From Patescibacteria group bacterium (lineage in GTDB: Bacteria; Patescibacteriota; Microgenomatia; Levybacterales; UBA12049): DNA of 64,000 nt. Shown here one piece after another: positions 39,824 through 49,798 of this stretch (position 1 is its first letter; every line of letters starts with the position of its first letter). The notes beneath the pieces are model-generated. The model was given only the letters and a program-made list of their open reading frames with translations. It was not told where the DNA came from and did no database searches. A program made the translations under genes and the position numbers. The stretch is taken from the NCBI GenBank assembly GCA_035946335.1, contig DASYZL010000006.1:175664-239663 (forward strand), written 5' to 3'.

Positions 39824-39830
39824 GAGCAAA
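39823..39830 (+). repeat. Right att core GGAGCAAA
   Basis: Direct repeat of 26203-26210 at the end of the mobile gene block. Confidence 0.7.
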
Positions 39831-39880
39831 TTAGTCCTGTAGTTTTATTCTAATTTTGTTTACTTCAAATATCCTCTTTT

Positions 39881-40192
39881 TTATCTCTTTATTCCCTGTT
39901 TATTGAGCACATATTGCACCGAAGGGCTTATTTGCTTATCCGTGCGGTGAATACAACCAAGCCAACAACAAGGTCGGCGCATTCCTTCTTTCAGTTCTGT
40001 GCGCACTCGTTCAACATGTTGCTTTCTGGTTTCCGGTTTTTTAACAAAGGTTGCCCAACAAATCCATTCATTGCGAGCAAGTGGCGTAAGGCTTTCCCAT
40101 GTTGCGAGCGCTTTTGAGTCAGAAGTCAAAACTTCCCGTAAATCCGCTGGAACTTTATGCACTGTACCGTCTGAAATATCTTTTTTAGTCAT
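39881..40192 (-). CDS. YdeI/OmpD-associated domain protein
   Basis: VPADL...L.....A...WESLTPLARNEWICW...KKPETR..RRPCCW.GC. Confidence 0.85.
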   Translation of the reverse strand: MTKKDISDGTVHKVPADLREVLTSDSKALATWESLTPLARNEWICWATFVKKPETRKQHVERVRTELKEGMRRPCCWLGCIHRTDKQISPSVQYVLNKQGIKR

Positions 40193-40430
40193 AAGGTTAT
40201 TATAACAAATCTTCTAGAACTAGAAATGGAGCTGGTAAATTGAGACTAGAGTATAGTATCTTCAACTCATCAAGTATGACATCAACTCAAGTTCTCTGTT
40301 GATGAATGAGTCCTTTATGGGAGCAAGTGATATATTTATGTCCGAGGGAAAGATATTACGTACTAATCTAAAACGCTTTCTTTATTTTTTTCTTACATAG
40401 TTTTAGCAGATTTAGTCTATAATTTTCGCT

Positions 40431-41057
40431 ATGCAAAATATAGAGAAGGCATTGGAACTCATTACACGCAAATCCCATAACAATCCGTCGAGAAGCACTC
40501 CGTTATTTGCTTTTCGGCAGCTTAGCAGTCGTTTTATATGGGTGTAGGACTATCCCAGAACAGCCTGATAGAGAGTTGATTGCCAATGCAGTATGGGATA
40601 TTGTTACCCAGCAAGACGATCACATCAACCTCGGTGCTCAGTTGATACTACAACATATGAATATGGGAAGACTACATACTATTGACCTGACAGCATCGTC
40701 ATATAACGGCAGTGTCAAAGATACAACATTCAACCCTAACGGATTTCCCATTGTTGCTTTGCAGCAAGTACGTGTTGCAAACGGCAAAGTGCTTCCGCTA
40801 CAGGAAAATAGACGCGTTATGATAACAAATCTTCCTAGCGGCAATGTTGATATTCTGTTTACAGTTCTGCTGCTTACCCCAGTGATACGACAATCAACCA
40901 GCCTTCTATTCCAGTTGGAATACCTGTTATATATCGAGTCGATGTTCACGGAAAAGAGCAGGGGATGTCCATCGATCAACTTAATGTTGCTAATGGTGTC
41001 CAATTTACCCGCCAACCTCAAACCTCTACCATATTACAGATTCCCTTTCCACAGTAG
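40431..41057 (+). pseudogene. Probable frameshifted exported/lipoprotein gene
   Basis: ATG after TATAAT; RREALRYLLFGSLAVVLYGC signal-like segment and a more protein-like C-terminus lie in different frames. Confidence 0.35.
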
Positions 41058-41213
41058 GAGGATTTCTCAACCATCTTCAAAGTTTCGGTTATGTGATTAT
41101 AGGGTAGAAGGTATTAGAACAAAACATATGTTTCTTCAGATTTATTCTTGCTGGTATTCTACAATTCGTGCATAAAAGGGTAAATAGCATCTAATCATTG
41201 AAGCAAATTAATC

Positions 41214-41660
41214 TCAATTCTTATTTTTTACTGATATTTCATTACCACCTATAACTATACTTGCTGCGATTAGCACAAAATTTTTTATAACAAATTCTCC
41301 ATTACTGGTTAAGAAAAACAGGTTATGGGAAAAGTAGAGAAATGGTGATATGAAAAATCCTGCAAAAATGCCTCCCATTTGAAGCCATAAAAGTAGAAGA
41401 GTAAAACGCAAGGTACTTTTTATCAGTAATCCAATACCAATAATTATTTCCCACACCCCTAAAATGGTGATAAATAACGGTTCTGGGAAAGAAGGATACG
41501 TGGAAACTATTAAGTCATGCACAGGGCTTGCATTAATTACCTTCAACGCTCCAAACCACAAGTAAACCACAGCAAGAGAAATACGCAACAATATAAATCC
41601 GTATTTATGCATAGTCTGTATAACAGATACATCAAATTTCTCAAGATTTCTTTTTGGCAT
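41214..41660 (-). CDS. DoxX/DUF417-like membrane protein
   Basis: LRISLAVVYLWFGALK, LG.WEI.IG, GEFVIKN. Confidence 0.8.
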   Translation of the reverse strand: MPKRNLEKFDVSVIQTMHKYGFILLRISLAVVYLWFGALKVINASPVHDLIVSTYPSFPEPLFITILGVWEIIIGIGLLIKSTLRFTLLLLWLQMGGIFAGFFISPFLYFSHNLFFLTSNGEFVIKNFVLIAASIVIGGNEISVKNKN

Positions 41661-41838
41661 ATACTGATGATACTAAATCAGCGATTGATTGAAAATATAG
41701 TCATTACATTTCAGCTCATATTTCTTTGTTTCTGAAATGTGTTTAGACTGCGCAAGCCTCCCAATATTATCTAACCTAGACGCAGGTTACCTGGTCTTTT
41801 TTGGCGAAAGTATCTGAAACTATAGTATAAGTGCTGTT

Positions 41839-44307
41839 TTATGATGTCTTCATGAATGAAACAAACAAGAAATTGAGCGGTACGAGCGTAACAGGTCGTC
41901 GCGTTTTCGTGTATGGGTATACATACTGATTTATGATTGGGTTTTGTTTCATCCCTTCTTGGCCATTTGCTTGCAATTTGGAAGCAACATATGGCGTATA
42001 GGTAAGCGTAAAGGAAGGAAGTTCTACGTAATTGCGGATTAACTGCGCATTCATGTCTACAACATAGGGCGTGTTCGGAAGAAGAGTGTTGGGGGGAAGA
42101 TTAATACCAAAGCGTGATTGTGGATTTGTTACGGTTGTATATGGCTCGGAGCACTGTTCTGGATCAGTATTTGTACAATCCTCATTCGTCAATGTCAGCG
42201 TTACTGTTGATTGGTTCGCTGCAATCCCATAGAATGTTGGCGAAGAAACTGAAGTTGTATAATCTGTTTGTATTTGATCCGGCTGAAGGGAAGAGATAGA
42301 TGGATCACCAATGCCAGTTATATTAAGTATCGTTAACGGGAAAAGGGCTTGATTATCAACCGTCTGGTATGAATTAACCCGTACATAGAGAGAGTCACTC
42401 CCCAGAGAATGACCTGATTTATCAACTGCGACCACTTTCCACGCATAAGTTCCTGATAACGCCTTCCCTCCTGTTGCAAATGGTGTTTCTGATGACTCTT
42501 TTGCATAAACAACAATATGAGAACTTTCCTGATCATACTTTGCGCGAAAACCTGTTGTATCGTATGTACCATTATTTGTTGCATTGCTCAAATATTGATT
42601 CCTCATGGAATTTTCAAGATTGGTACTCACTGAAGCAAAATCAGGGGGAATATTATCAAGGTACAACTTCCAGGAAGATGTGCCTGCCTGCCGTACCCAG
42701 ACTTGATACTTTTGTAGATTATCGCGCATGTGTGCGCGCTGGGTATTAACAGAAAAATCAAATGACGGGTACGGTGTATCAACGTCACTGTTATCGTAAG
42801 GGGCGTTGAGGGTGAAGGGACTGAAAAAAAATGCATAAGGACTGCTATCACCGTTCGTATCGAGGGCTCGGACAACAACTGTGTAACCAGGTGTACTATT
42901 ACTATTTGCTAAAGGGTCAAATGCCAAGGTAAATGGTTCTGTATTTAAACGGAATGCCCCATTCACTGGCGTTGATTCCTGCCAACTATCCCCATTTGCA
43001 GCATATTGTACATCGGCAACAGTATAAGGACTTGGTGCCGTTGCCGTTCCGTTTATTATTATCGTATCATCGGGATTTGTTGTAAGATTGTTTGCAACAG
43101 ATACTGACGGGTTTTGCAAATTATTTTGGTAGATGAGAACACGATTATTCAGAGAATCTGCGACAGCAAGTTGAGTGTGATTAGAAAAAGCACCCTTCGG
43201 CGAAGACATTGTTGCCGGACCGATACCTCCTGCATTTGCTGATGAAGATGTAAAATTTTGTTGCCCAATAACAATGTTTGCAGCAGTAGCATTGTTGAAA
43301 GGAATTGCATTAAATGCAAGCACTCTATTCGCCTGGATATCTGAAACATAGAAGATACCATTCGAACTTGTTGCGTCAGTAGTAATACGAAGCGGCTGGA
43401 GTGATTGCGCAGAAATTGTTGCAGAAGTGTTTGCCGTGAAACTTGTTTGTCCAAGTACCACATCAGCAAAAATATTGGTACTTGTCGGCTCCGAAAGAAA
43501 AATAAGGACACGATAATTATTGGTGTCAGAAATAAGAAGCGATCCATTGTCAATGGTAATTCCTCGAGGATTACTCAGTGTGTTTCCGTTAACGCCTCCA
43601 GTATTGACAGTCACCGTACTGGTATCTGGTTGTCCAATAACAAAGTCTGCCGGAAGCGCTGAAGTAGAAGGAAAATTCAAATATCCTAAAACTCTATTAT
43701 TTCCAGCGTCTGCAATATACAACTTTGCACCATCTGAGGTTACATCTGCCGGGTTTGATAAGGATCTTGCACTCACTCCTCCGCTGTTTGCCGTACAAGT
43801 TGTAAATGAAGATTGTCCAAGCACATAATTTGCGCTTGGACCATTTTGAGTTGGTATGCCATTAAAAACTAATACACGATTATTGTTAGCATCTGCAACA
43901 AATAATTTGCCTCCTGTATAAAATATGCCCCCGTCTCCAAGATTAAATTTGCTTTGTGTACACCCTGATGTTTTTGTCGTGAAATCTGGCTGCCCAATCA
44001 CTACATCGGCTGCCTGATTATTCACACTTGGGATACTATTATAGACAAGTATCCTGTTATTCACAGCGTCTGCAACAAGCAACTGTGACCCGACAATCAA
44101 TGCCGCAGAAGGACTACTCATAGATTGAGCAGAAGTAGAACCGCCTTGATTTGCCTGAGACGAAATAAAATCTTTTTGTCCGATAACAACAGCTGCGGAA
44201 GCACTTGACGTATAGGCATGAGCAGCAGAAGGTGAAAGGAAGAAAAAAAGAAAAAAAAGTACAAGAAAAAAAACATAGTAGATTTTTTGGTACGAAATAT
44301 ACCCCAT
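41839..44307 (-). CDS. Large secreted NHL-repeat (beta-propeller) protein with Ig-like domains
   Basis: Signal peptide ending AAHA; repeated L.VAD..NNRVL..N and A..VIGQ.DF units. Confidence 0.85.
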   Translation of the reverse strand: MGYISYQKIYYVFFLVLFFLFFFLSPSAAHAYTSSASAAVVIGQKDFISSQANQGGSTSAQSMSSPSAALIVGSQLLVADAVNNRILVYNSIPSVNNQAADVVIGQPDFTTKTSGCTQSKFNLGDGGIFYTGGKLFVADANNNRVLVFNGIPTQNGPSANYVLGQSSFTTCTANSGGVSARSLSNPADVTSDGAKLYIADAGNNRVLGYLNFPSTSALPADFVIGQPDTSTVTVNTGGVNGNTLSNPRGITIDNGSLLISDTNNYRVLIFLSEPTSTNIFADVVLGQTSFTANTSATISAQSLQPLRITTDATSSNGIFYVSDIQANRVLAFNAIPFNNATAANIVIGQQNFTSSSANAGGIGPATMSSPKGAFSNHTQLAVADSLNNRVLIYQNNLQNPSVSVANNLTTNPDDTIIINGTATAPSPYTVADVQYAANGDSWQESTPVNGAFRLNTEPFTLAFDPLANSNSTPGYTVVVRALDTNGDSSPYAFFFSPFTLNAPYDNSDVDTPYPSFDFSVNTQRAHMRDNLQKYQVWVRQAGTSSWKLYLDNIPPDFASVSTNLENSMRNQYLSNATNNGTYDTTGFRAKYDQESSHIVVYAKESSETPFATGGKALSGTYAWKVVAVDKSGHSLGSDSLYVRVNSYQTVDNQALFPLTILNITGIGDPSISSLQPDQIQTDYTTSVSSPTFYGIAANQSTVTLTLTNEDCTNTDPEQCSEPYTTVTNPQSRFGINLPPNTLLPNTPYVVDMNAQLIRNYVELPSFTLTYTPYVASKLQANGQEGMKQNPIINQYVYPYTKTRRPVTLVPLNFLFVSFMKTS

Positions 44308-44388
44308 ACCTTTTTTATAGCAGAAAAGAGAGAGAATAGTTAATGCCCATTTTCGTTTTTCTTTTTTTCCTTTACAATAAAGCAATAT

Positions 44389-46155
44389 ATGAAAACACTC
44401 AGAAGAATTATCTTACATGAATTAAGGCCATATCTCCTTGTATTAAGCTTTATTCTTTTCCTCATGCTCGTCGTTGTCGCCTTACAAGCAGCAGCACCGT
44501 GGCCATTTAAGTTTCTTATCGATAATGTTCTAGGAGATGAAACAATCAGCACCAAAACATTTATCGGATGGCTGATTTCATTAGTCCCTTCTCAAGAGCT
44601 TTTAGGATACATTGTTGTTTTGATATTTTTTCTTATCAGCATGGGATCAAGTATTGTTGAATACTTCCAGAGCAAATTACTTCGTAAGGTTATCCGGGGT
44701 ATTATTTTTGATTTTTCAAAAAGTGCTTTTTCACAATTAGAAGGATTTGATATGGGATTTTTCCGCAATCAAGACATAGGAGATTATATTTATCGATTGA
44801 ATTATGATGTTGGCGCTTTGGGTGAACTCATTGAAGAGGGAATTTTACCTATTATTTCCTCTGCATTTTACTTAATTTTTACTGCTATCTTAATGTTTAC
44901 CATCAGCTATAAATTAGCACTAATAGCTTTTCTTGCTCTCCCGTTTCTCGCAACCGGTTTATACATATTTAATAAACGCATTGAGGTGGGAACAAAACGC
45001 TCAGAGTTTTCAAATAGTACTGTTTTTACCTTTGTGCAACAGATACTCTCACAACTGAAGATTGTCCAAGTATTTTCCCAAGAAAAAAATGAATCGAAAG
45101 AATTTAATCTGAAGCTAAAAAAATCATTACAAAATGAGCTGTTGCTATACAACTTAAATTTTCTGCTCAGTCTTTTAGTCGGGGCTATCATTGCAATTAG
45201 CTATTCTCTTATTATAGGTATCGGCATTCATTTATTTTTCTTAGGGGAATTCTCAACTGGCCTTCTTATTGTTTTTATCTTTTATCTTGATAATTTGACA
45301 CAACCATTACTGGATATCATTTATGCTTCCAGTGCCTTCAAAGAGTCTTATGTACGTATTGAACGAATGAAAGATTTTTTTAATAAACGGAATCAACTCC
45401 ATAACACAGGGATCATAAAGGAGCTCTCTGATACAACGATTCAATTTCATAACGTCATTTTGGAAGGAAATCAAGGAATGAAAATTCTCCATAATATCTC
45501 ATTTACTATTCCGGAAAATAAAATGACCGTATTGGTCGGAGTAAGCGGATCAGGGAAAACATCAGTTATTTCACTTATCCCTCGCCTTCTGAGTAATCCA
45601 CAGCATGGAGAAATTTTGCTGGGCGATAAAAATATTAATACATATGATGTTATGACGCTTCGCAAGAACATTGCATATGTACCACAAGAAAATCTTCTTT
45701 TTAACCAATCAATATTTGAGATCATTGCATTTGGTGTTCCACATGCAACTCTTGCTGAAGTAAAGTACGCTGCAAAACTTGCATACGCTGATGAATTTAT
45801 CGAAAAACACCCACAAGGATATAACTTCCGGGTCGGAGATGAAGGAAATTATCTTTCAGGAGGTCAACGACAAAGACTTATGATTGCCAGAGCATTTATG
45901 AGAAAAACTGCGAAAATACTTATTTTCGATGAACCACTATCTTCTCTTGATATCCAAACAAGGAAAGATGTGTGGAAAAGTATTAAAACGTTTGCAGAAG
46001 GAAAAACAACGATTCTCGTCTCAAATGTGTTGGATGTTATTACGAACGCTGACCAGATACTCTTCTTAAATGATGGAAGACTTGCAGAACAAGGGAATCA
46101 CAAAAAGTTGCTAGAAAAATCAAATTTGTATACACTATTTGTAGAGAAAGAATAA
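44389..46155 (+). CDS. ABC exporter (fused TMD plus ATPase, MsbA-like)
   Basis: Six TM helices, GVSGSGKT, LSGGQRQR, LIFDEP. Confidence 0.92.
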   Translation: MKTLRRIILHELRPYLLVLSFILFLMLVVVALQAAAPWPFKFLIDNVLGDETISTKTFIGWLISLVPSQELLGYIVVLIFFLISMGSSIVEYFQSKLLRKVIRGIIFDFSKSAFSQLEGFDMGFFRNQDIGDYIYRLNYDVGALGELIEEGILPIISSAFYLIFTAILMFTISYKLALIAFLALPFLATGLYIFNKRIEVGTKRSEFSNSTVFTFVQQILSQLKIVQVFSQEKNESKEFNLKLKKSLQNELLLYNLNFLLSLLVGAIIAISYSLIIGIGIHLFFLGEFSTGLLIVFIFYLDNLTQPLLDIIYASSAFKESYVRIERMKDFFNKRNQLHNTGIIKELSDTTIQFHNVILEGNQGMKILHNISFTIPENKMTVLVGVSGSGKTSVISLIPRLLSNPQHGEILLGDKNINTYDVMTLRKNIAYVPQENLLFNQSIFEIIAFGVPHATLAEVKYAAKLAYADEFIEKHPQGYNFRVGDEGNYLSGGQRQRLMIARAFMRKTAKILIFDEPLSSLDIQTRKDVWKSIKTFAEGKTTILVSNVLDVITNADQILFLNDGRLAEQGNHKKLLEKSNLYTLFVEKE

Positions 46156-46176
46156 TAAAGGGGGTGATAAAATCGT

Positions 46177-46284
46177 ATGGCAAAGCGCGAACGACAAAAA
46201 TCGCAACCAAGCAGACCTCAATCCAGGCCAAGTTCGTCTCGACCAGTTCCAAGAACAGGAAGAGTACGGGTAAAAGGGAGGTAA
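46177..46284 (+). CDS. Unlisted 35-aa Arg/Ser/Pro-rich cationic peptide
   Basis: AAAGGGGGTGA SD; MAKRERQKSQPSRPQSRPSSSRPVPRTGRVRVKGR. Confidence 0.55.
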   Translation: MAKRERQKSQPSRPQSRPSSSRPVPRTGRVRVKGR

Positions 46285-46365
46285 GTAAAGCTATTGACAA
46301 AAGGATATGTTTCATGTTGCTATATGTAGTGAGAGGAATATATCTTTGAAAGGAGGTGATAAAAC

Positions 46366-46464
46366 ATGGCAATAAAAAGAACAGTTAAAACAGCACCAAA
46401 AAAGAAACCATCAGTTGCTAAAAAATCAGTAATCCATACTCCAGCAAGGCGTAAAAAAAGATAA
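46366..46464 (+). CDS. Unlisted 32-aa Lys-rich cationic peptide
   Basis: GAAAGGAGGTGA SD; MAIKRTVKTAPKKKPSVAKKSVIHTPARRKKR; followed by a hairpin near 46477-46514. Confidence 0.65.
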   Translation: MAIKRTVKTAPKKKPSVAKKSVIHTPARRKKR

Positions 46465-46566
46465 GTACTGATTCATCCTAAATCCACTGTCCATATTTGT
46501 AAGTGGATTTTAGGTATAATAGGAGTTTTTAAAGAAAATCATTGAACAAGAAGAAAGGAGGAAAAA

Positions 46567-46740
46567 ATGAAAAATAATGGCGCTGCGGGCGGTGTAGTTT
46601 ATGGATTAGGTTTTATAGGAGCAATCATTTATTACATTCAACATGCGACTACATTCTGGATTGGTGTCTTAGGTATTGTAAAAGCCATTATTTGGCCTGC
46701 ACTTCTTATTTACCGATTGCTTGGGTTCCTAAAAATGTGA
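46567..46740 (+). CDS. Unlisted 57-aa membrane protein
   Basis: GAAAGGAGG SD; YGLGFIGAIIYYI..A..FW.GVLGIVKAIIWP. Confidence 0.75.
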   Translation: MKNNGAAGGVVYGLGFIGAIIYYIQHATTFWIGVLGIVKAIIWPALLIYRLLGFLKM

Positions 46741-46947
46741 AAGAAAATCCGAGCGTACAACTCAATTACATAATTGCAATTGAGTTATTGTGTAATATTT
46801 TAGTCATTTTTTCAAATTTCACAAAATATAGTAAATTCTTTGATGCTCTGATACAATAAACGAAATTTAATGTAAAGTCTACTTGACATTCTCCTCTTTT
46901 TATTTTACCCTTTTATAAACCATAAAATGCAATGAAAAATCTCATGC

Positions 46948-47160
46948 ATGAAAGAATATATCATCAACAATGTATCTGATCTCAGGAAAGAAAAAGATAT
47001 TACACAGGAAACATTTGCTCATGCCTTGGGAGTTTCAAGGCAAACAGTTGTTGCAATTGAGAAAGGAAACTATATTCCTTCCCTTTTACTTGGAATAAGA
47101 ATAGCACAATATTTCAAGAAAAGGGTTGAAGACATATTCATCTACGCTTATGAAAAATAA
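46948..47160 (+). CDS. XRE-family HTH regulator
   Basis: LRKEKDITQE.FA..LGVSRQTV.AIEKG.Y.PSL. Confidence 0.9.
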   Translation: MKEYIINNVSDLRKEKDITQETFAHALGVSRQTVVAIEKGNYIPSLLLGIRIAQYFKKRVEDIFIYAYEK

Positions 47161-47515
47161 ATTTATTGGTGAAGCTATTATCTCAGTAGTACTTATCGCA
47201 TTGTTGGTCTTTTTCTTGAATCCTTTAGAGCTTGTGATGCCACAATCAGTGCACATGATCATGATTCCATTCCTCGTTGTTTTATTTATCGTTTTTACAG
47301 GAGTACTTTGGAAAGAAACTCCAGGAGATGAACGTGAACAACTTCATAAGTTTATCGCATCTCGCTTTGCGTATTTTGCAGCAGTTGCAACCCTTATTAT
47401 CGGTATAGTTATGCAAAGCTTCGAAAAAGCAATTGACCCCTGGCTTATTATAACAATCTGCGTTGCTTTACTTGCAAAAATTACTGGCCTAATCTATGGT
47501 TATTTTAGACATTAA
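47150..47515 (+). CDS. Four-TM membrane protein (DUF2178-like)
   Basis: DERE..H...ASRFAY motif; coupled to HTH gene. Confidence 0.7.
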   Translation: MKNKFIGEAIISVVLIALLVFFLNPLELVMPQSVHMIMIPFLVVLFIVFTGVLWKETPGDEREQLHKFIASRFAYFAAVATLIIGIVMQSFEKAIDPWLIITICVALLAKITGLIYGYFRH

Positions 47516-47533
47516 TAAAGGAGGTGAACAAAC

Positions 47534-47776
47534 ATGAACAACCAACTAATGTGGCTACTAGTTATCGTTGCGCTTCTTGTTGGAGCATTTGGTGGTTATT
47601 ATTACGAAAAATCCAAACTCACGAACCAAATGATGATGGTGGAATCCAGTCTTCAGCAACAGTTGAATGATGCAAAGATGAAGACCGATCAACTGATGAA
47701 AATGCAAACCACCCCTGTACCATCAGGGATGATGCATGTCACGATGACCCCAAAAAGTGTAATGATGCAAAAGTAA
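47534..47776 (+). CDS. Small Met-rich membrane-anchored protein
   Basis: AAAGGAGGTGA SD; TM helix, coiled coil, MM repeats. Confidence 0.7.
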   Translation: MNNQLMWLLVIVALLVGAFGGYYYEKSKLTNQMMMVESSLQQQLNDAKMKTDQLMKMQTTPVPSGMMHVTMTPKSVMMQK

Positions 47777-47836
47777 TTATATTTTGGGGGCTGGGAGATC
47801 CAATCCCCTAAAAGGGGTTTATTCGATAAGTAATAT

Positions 47837-49570
47837 ATGATTTTACTACTATTATTTTCATTTTTAGCAGGTTTTGTTACCATCCTGGCCCCATGTATTT
47901 GGCCTGTGCTTCCTATAGTGCTTTCTTCATCTCTTGCTAGAGGACATCAGAGACCATTGGGAATCACCCTTGGAGTAATACTTAGCTTTACGATTTTCAC
48001 GCTTTCGGTTTCCTCTCTTGTTCGGTTGTTCCATCTTGATCCAAATGTCCTTCGTATATTTGCGGTCAGTATTATCATTTTTCTCGGGCTAACGATGATC
48101 ATTCCACCACTAACAACGAAATTTGAGCTTTTCTTGTCAAGATTATCAAATACAATAGGTCAAAATGCCGCAAACAAACAAGGTTCTGGATTTTTACCAG
48201 GATTTATTACCGGGCTTTCTCTTGGTATTGTTTGGAGTCCCTGTGCTGGACCAATTCTAGCAACTATTGCAGCACTCGCGGCAACTGGACAGGTATCGTT
48301 TCAAGTTGTTTTAGTGACCCTTGCTTACGTTACAGGGGCTGGAATTCCACTCTTTGCCTTTGCCTATGGTGGACAACAATTTATGACTAAAGCACGGGGA
48401 ATGAATAAATATACAGGAAGGGTTCAACAAGTATTTGGAGTCATCATGATCCTTGCAGCTATTGCAATTTTTACCAATTATGATCAAACGCTTCAATTAC
48501 AACTCCTGAACGAATTCCCTGCGCTGGGGACTGCGGTTAATGGATTTGAAAACAGTAGCTTTGTTACAAACCAACTTAATCTCTTAAAAGGAACGCAGTC
48601 AATACAAAGTCCTGATACGAGTGGACTTTTTAACGCAAACCAACCTGCTCCTAATTTTATTGGCATTGATAAATGGTTGAATACAGATAAACCGTTAACA
48701 ATCAACAGCCTGAAAGGTAAAGTCGTATTAGTTGATTTTTGGACCTACACCTGTATTAACTGCATTCGCACTCTTCCTCATGTGACCAGTTGGTATGACA
48801 AATATAAAGATAATGGATTTATAGTTATTGGCGTCCATACACCAGAGTTTCAGTTTGAACACGACAGCAATAATGTCGTTAACGCAATAAAAATGTATAA
48901 CATCCATTATCCAGTTGCCCAAGACAATGAATATGCTACATGGAATAACTATAACAATGAATACTGGCCAGCTGAATATCTTATAGATGCAAAGGGCCTT
49001 ATCAGACGTACCCATTTCGGCGAGGGAGAGTATAATCAAATGGAAATGGCAATACGCTCTCTTCTTCAGGAAGCTGGGCAAAAAGTCACAGCAACACTTG
49101 ATACAAAACCCGATCAGACACCTCAATCTCAGATATCTCCTGAAACATACCTCGGCTCCAAACGTATGCAATATTATTTCCCTTCAGGAAATGTAGGTAA
49201 TGGTATACAAACATTTTCTTTATCAAATAATCTCAGCCAGAACAGCTTTAGTTATGGCGGGCAATGGACAATAACTGACGAGTATGCAATTTCAGGAAAC
49301 AATGCAGCGTTAAATTATAACTTTTCCGCGAGTAAAGTATTTATCATTCTTCGTCCTGGTTCTGCAAAAAACCCAATAGTTAAGGTATTTCTCGATGGAA
49401 AAATTATTGACCCTTCCCTTGCAGGAAGCGATGTGAAAAACGGTATCATAACCATTAACAGAGATAGATTATATAGTATCGTAGACCTCAAGGGTCAGAC
49501 CGGAAATCATATTCTCAAACTCGAATTCCAAACGTCTGGGGTACAAGCATATACATTTACCTTTGGATAA
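47837..49570 (+). CDS. dipZ: DipZ-like protein (CcdA/DsbD TM domain plus thioredoxin plus C-terminal domain)
   Basis: PCIWPVLP, WSPCAGPIL, DFWTYTCINC, GVHTPEF. Confidence 0.88.
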   Translation: MILLLLFSFLAGFVTILAPCIWPVLPIVLSSSLARGHQRPLGITLGVILSFTIFTLSVSSLVRLFHLDPNVLRIFAVSIIIFLGLTMIIPPLTTKFELFLSRLSNTIGQNAANKQGSGFLPGFITGLSLGIVWSPCAGPILATIAALAATGQVSFQVVLVTLAYVTGAGIPLFAFAYGGQQFMTKARGMNKYTGRVQQVFGVIMILAAIAIFTNYDQTLQLQLLNEFPALGTAVNGFENSSFVTNQLNLLKGTQSIQSPDTSGLFNANQPAPNFIGIDKWLNTDKPLTINSLKGKVVLVDFWTYTCINCIRTLPHVTSWYDKYKDNGFIVIGVHTPEFQFEHDSNNVVNAIKMYNIHYPVAQDNEYATWNNYNNEYWPAEYLIDAKGLIRRTHFGEGEYNQMEMAIRSLLQEAGQKVTATLDTKPDQTPQSQISPETYLGSKRMQYYFPSGNVGNGIQTFSLSNNLSQNSFSYGGQWTITDEYAISGNNAALNYNFSASKVFIILRPGSAKNPIVKVFLDGKIIDPSLAGSDVKNGIITINRDRLYSIVDLKGQTGNHILKLEFQTSGVQAYTFTFG

Positions 49571-49573
49571 GCT

Positions 49574-49780
49574 ATGAATAAGTACGTATTATTTTTTCTT
49601 CTTTTCTTGGGAATTGTCATGTTATTTTATCTTTTTTTTACAGCAAATTCCATACAAAAAGAGTCAGCTAGCAGGAATAAGTCCAAATATCTTTGCGACA
49701 GTGCTGTTACGGATTGTCATAGGAAAAGTACTCCTGAAATTCCAAAAGGAGTCTGTATTCCAGGAAGCAAATGTACATAA
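49574..49780 (+). CDS. Small Cys-containing membrane-anchored protein
   Basis: TM helix and four Cys; fits between dipZ and msrB. Confidence 0.5.
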   Translation: MNKYVLFFLLFLGIVMLFYLFFTANSIQKESASRNKSKYLCDSAVTDCHRKSTPEIPKGVCIPGSKCT

Positions 49781-49798
49781 AAGAATTTGTTGGCAGAA

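Larger units (their letters stand above)
26203..39830. mobile_element. ~13.6-kb integrative element in the tRNA-Asn 3' end (serine recombinase, PolA-like protein, resolvase, defence-like cargo)
   Basis: Recombinase abuts the tRNA; GGAGCAAA at 26203-26210 and 39823-39830; visibly AT-richer; mobile-type gene content. Right boundary is inferred. Confidence 0.8.
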
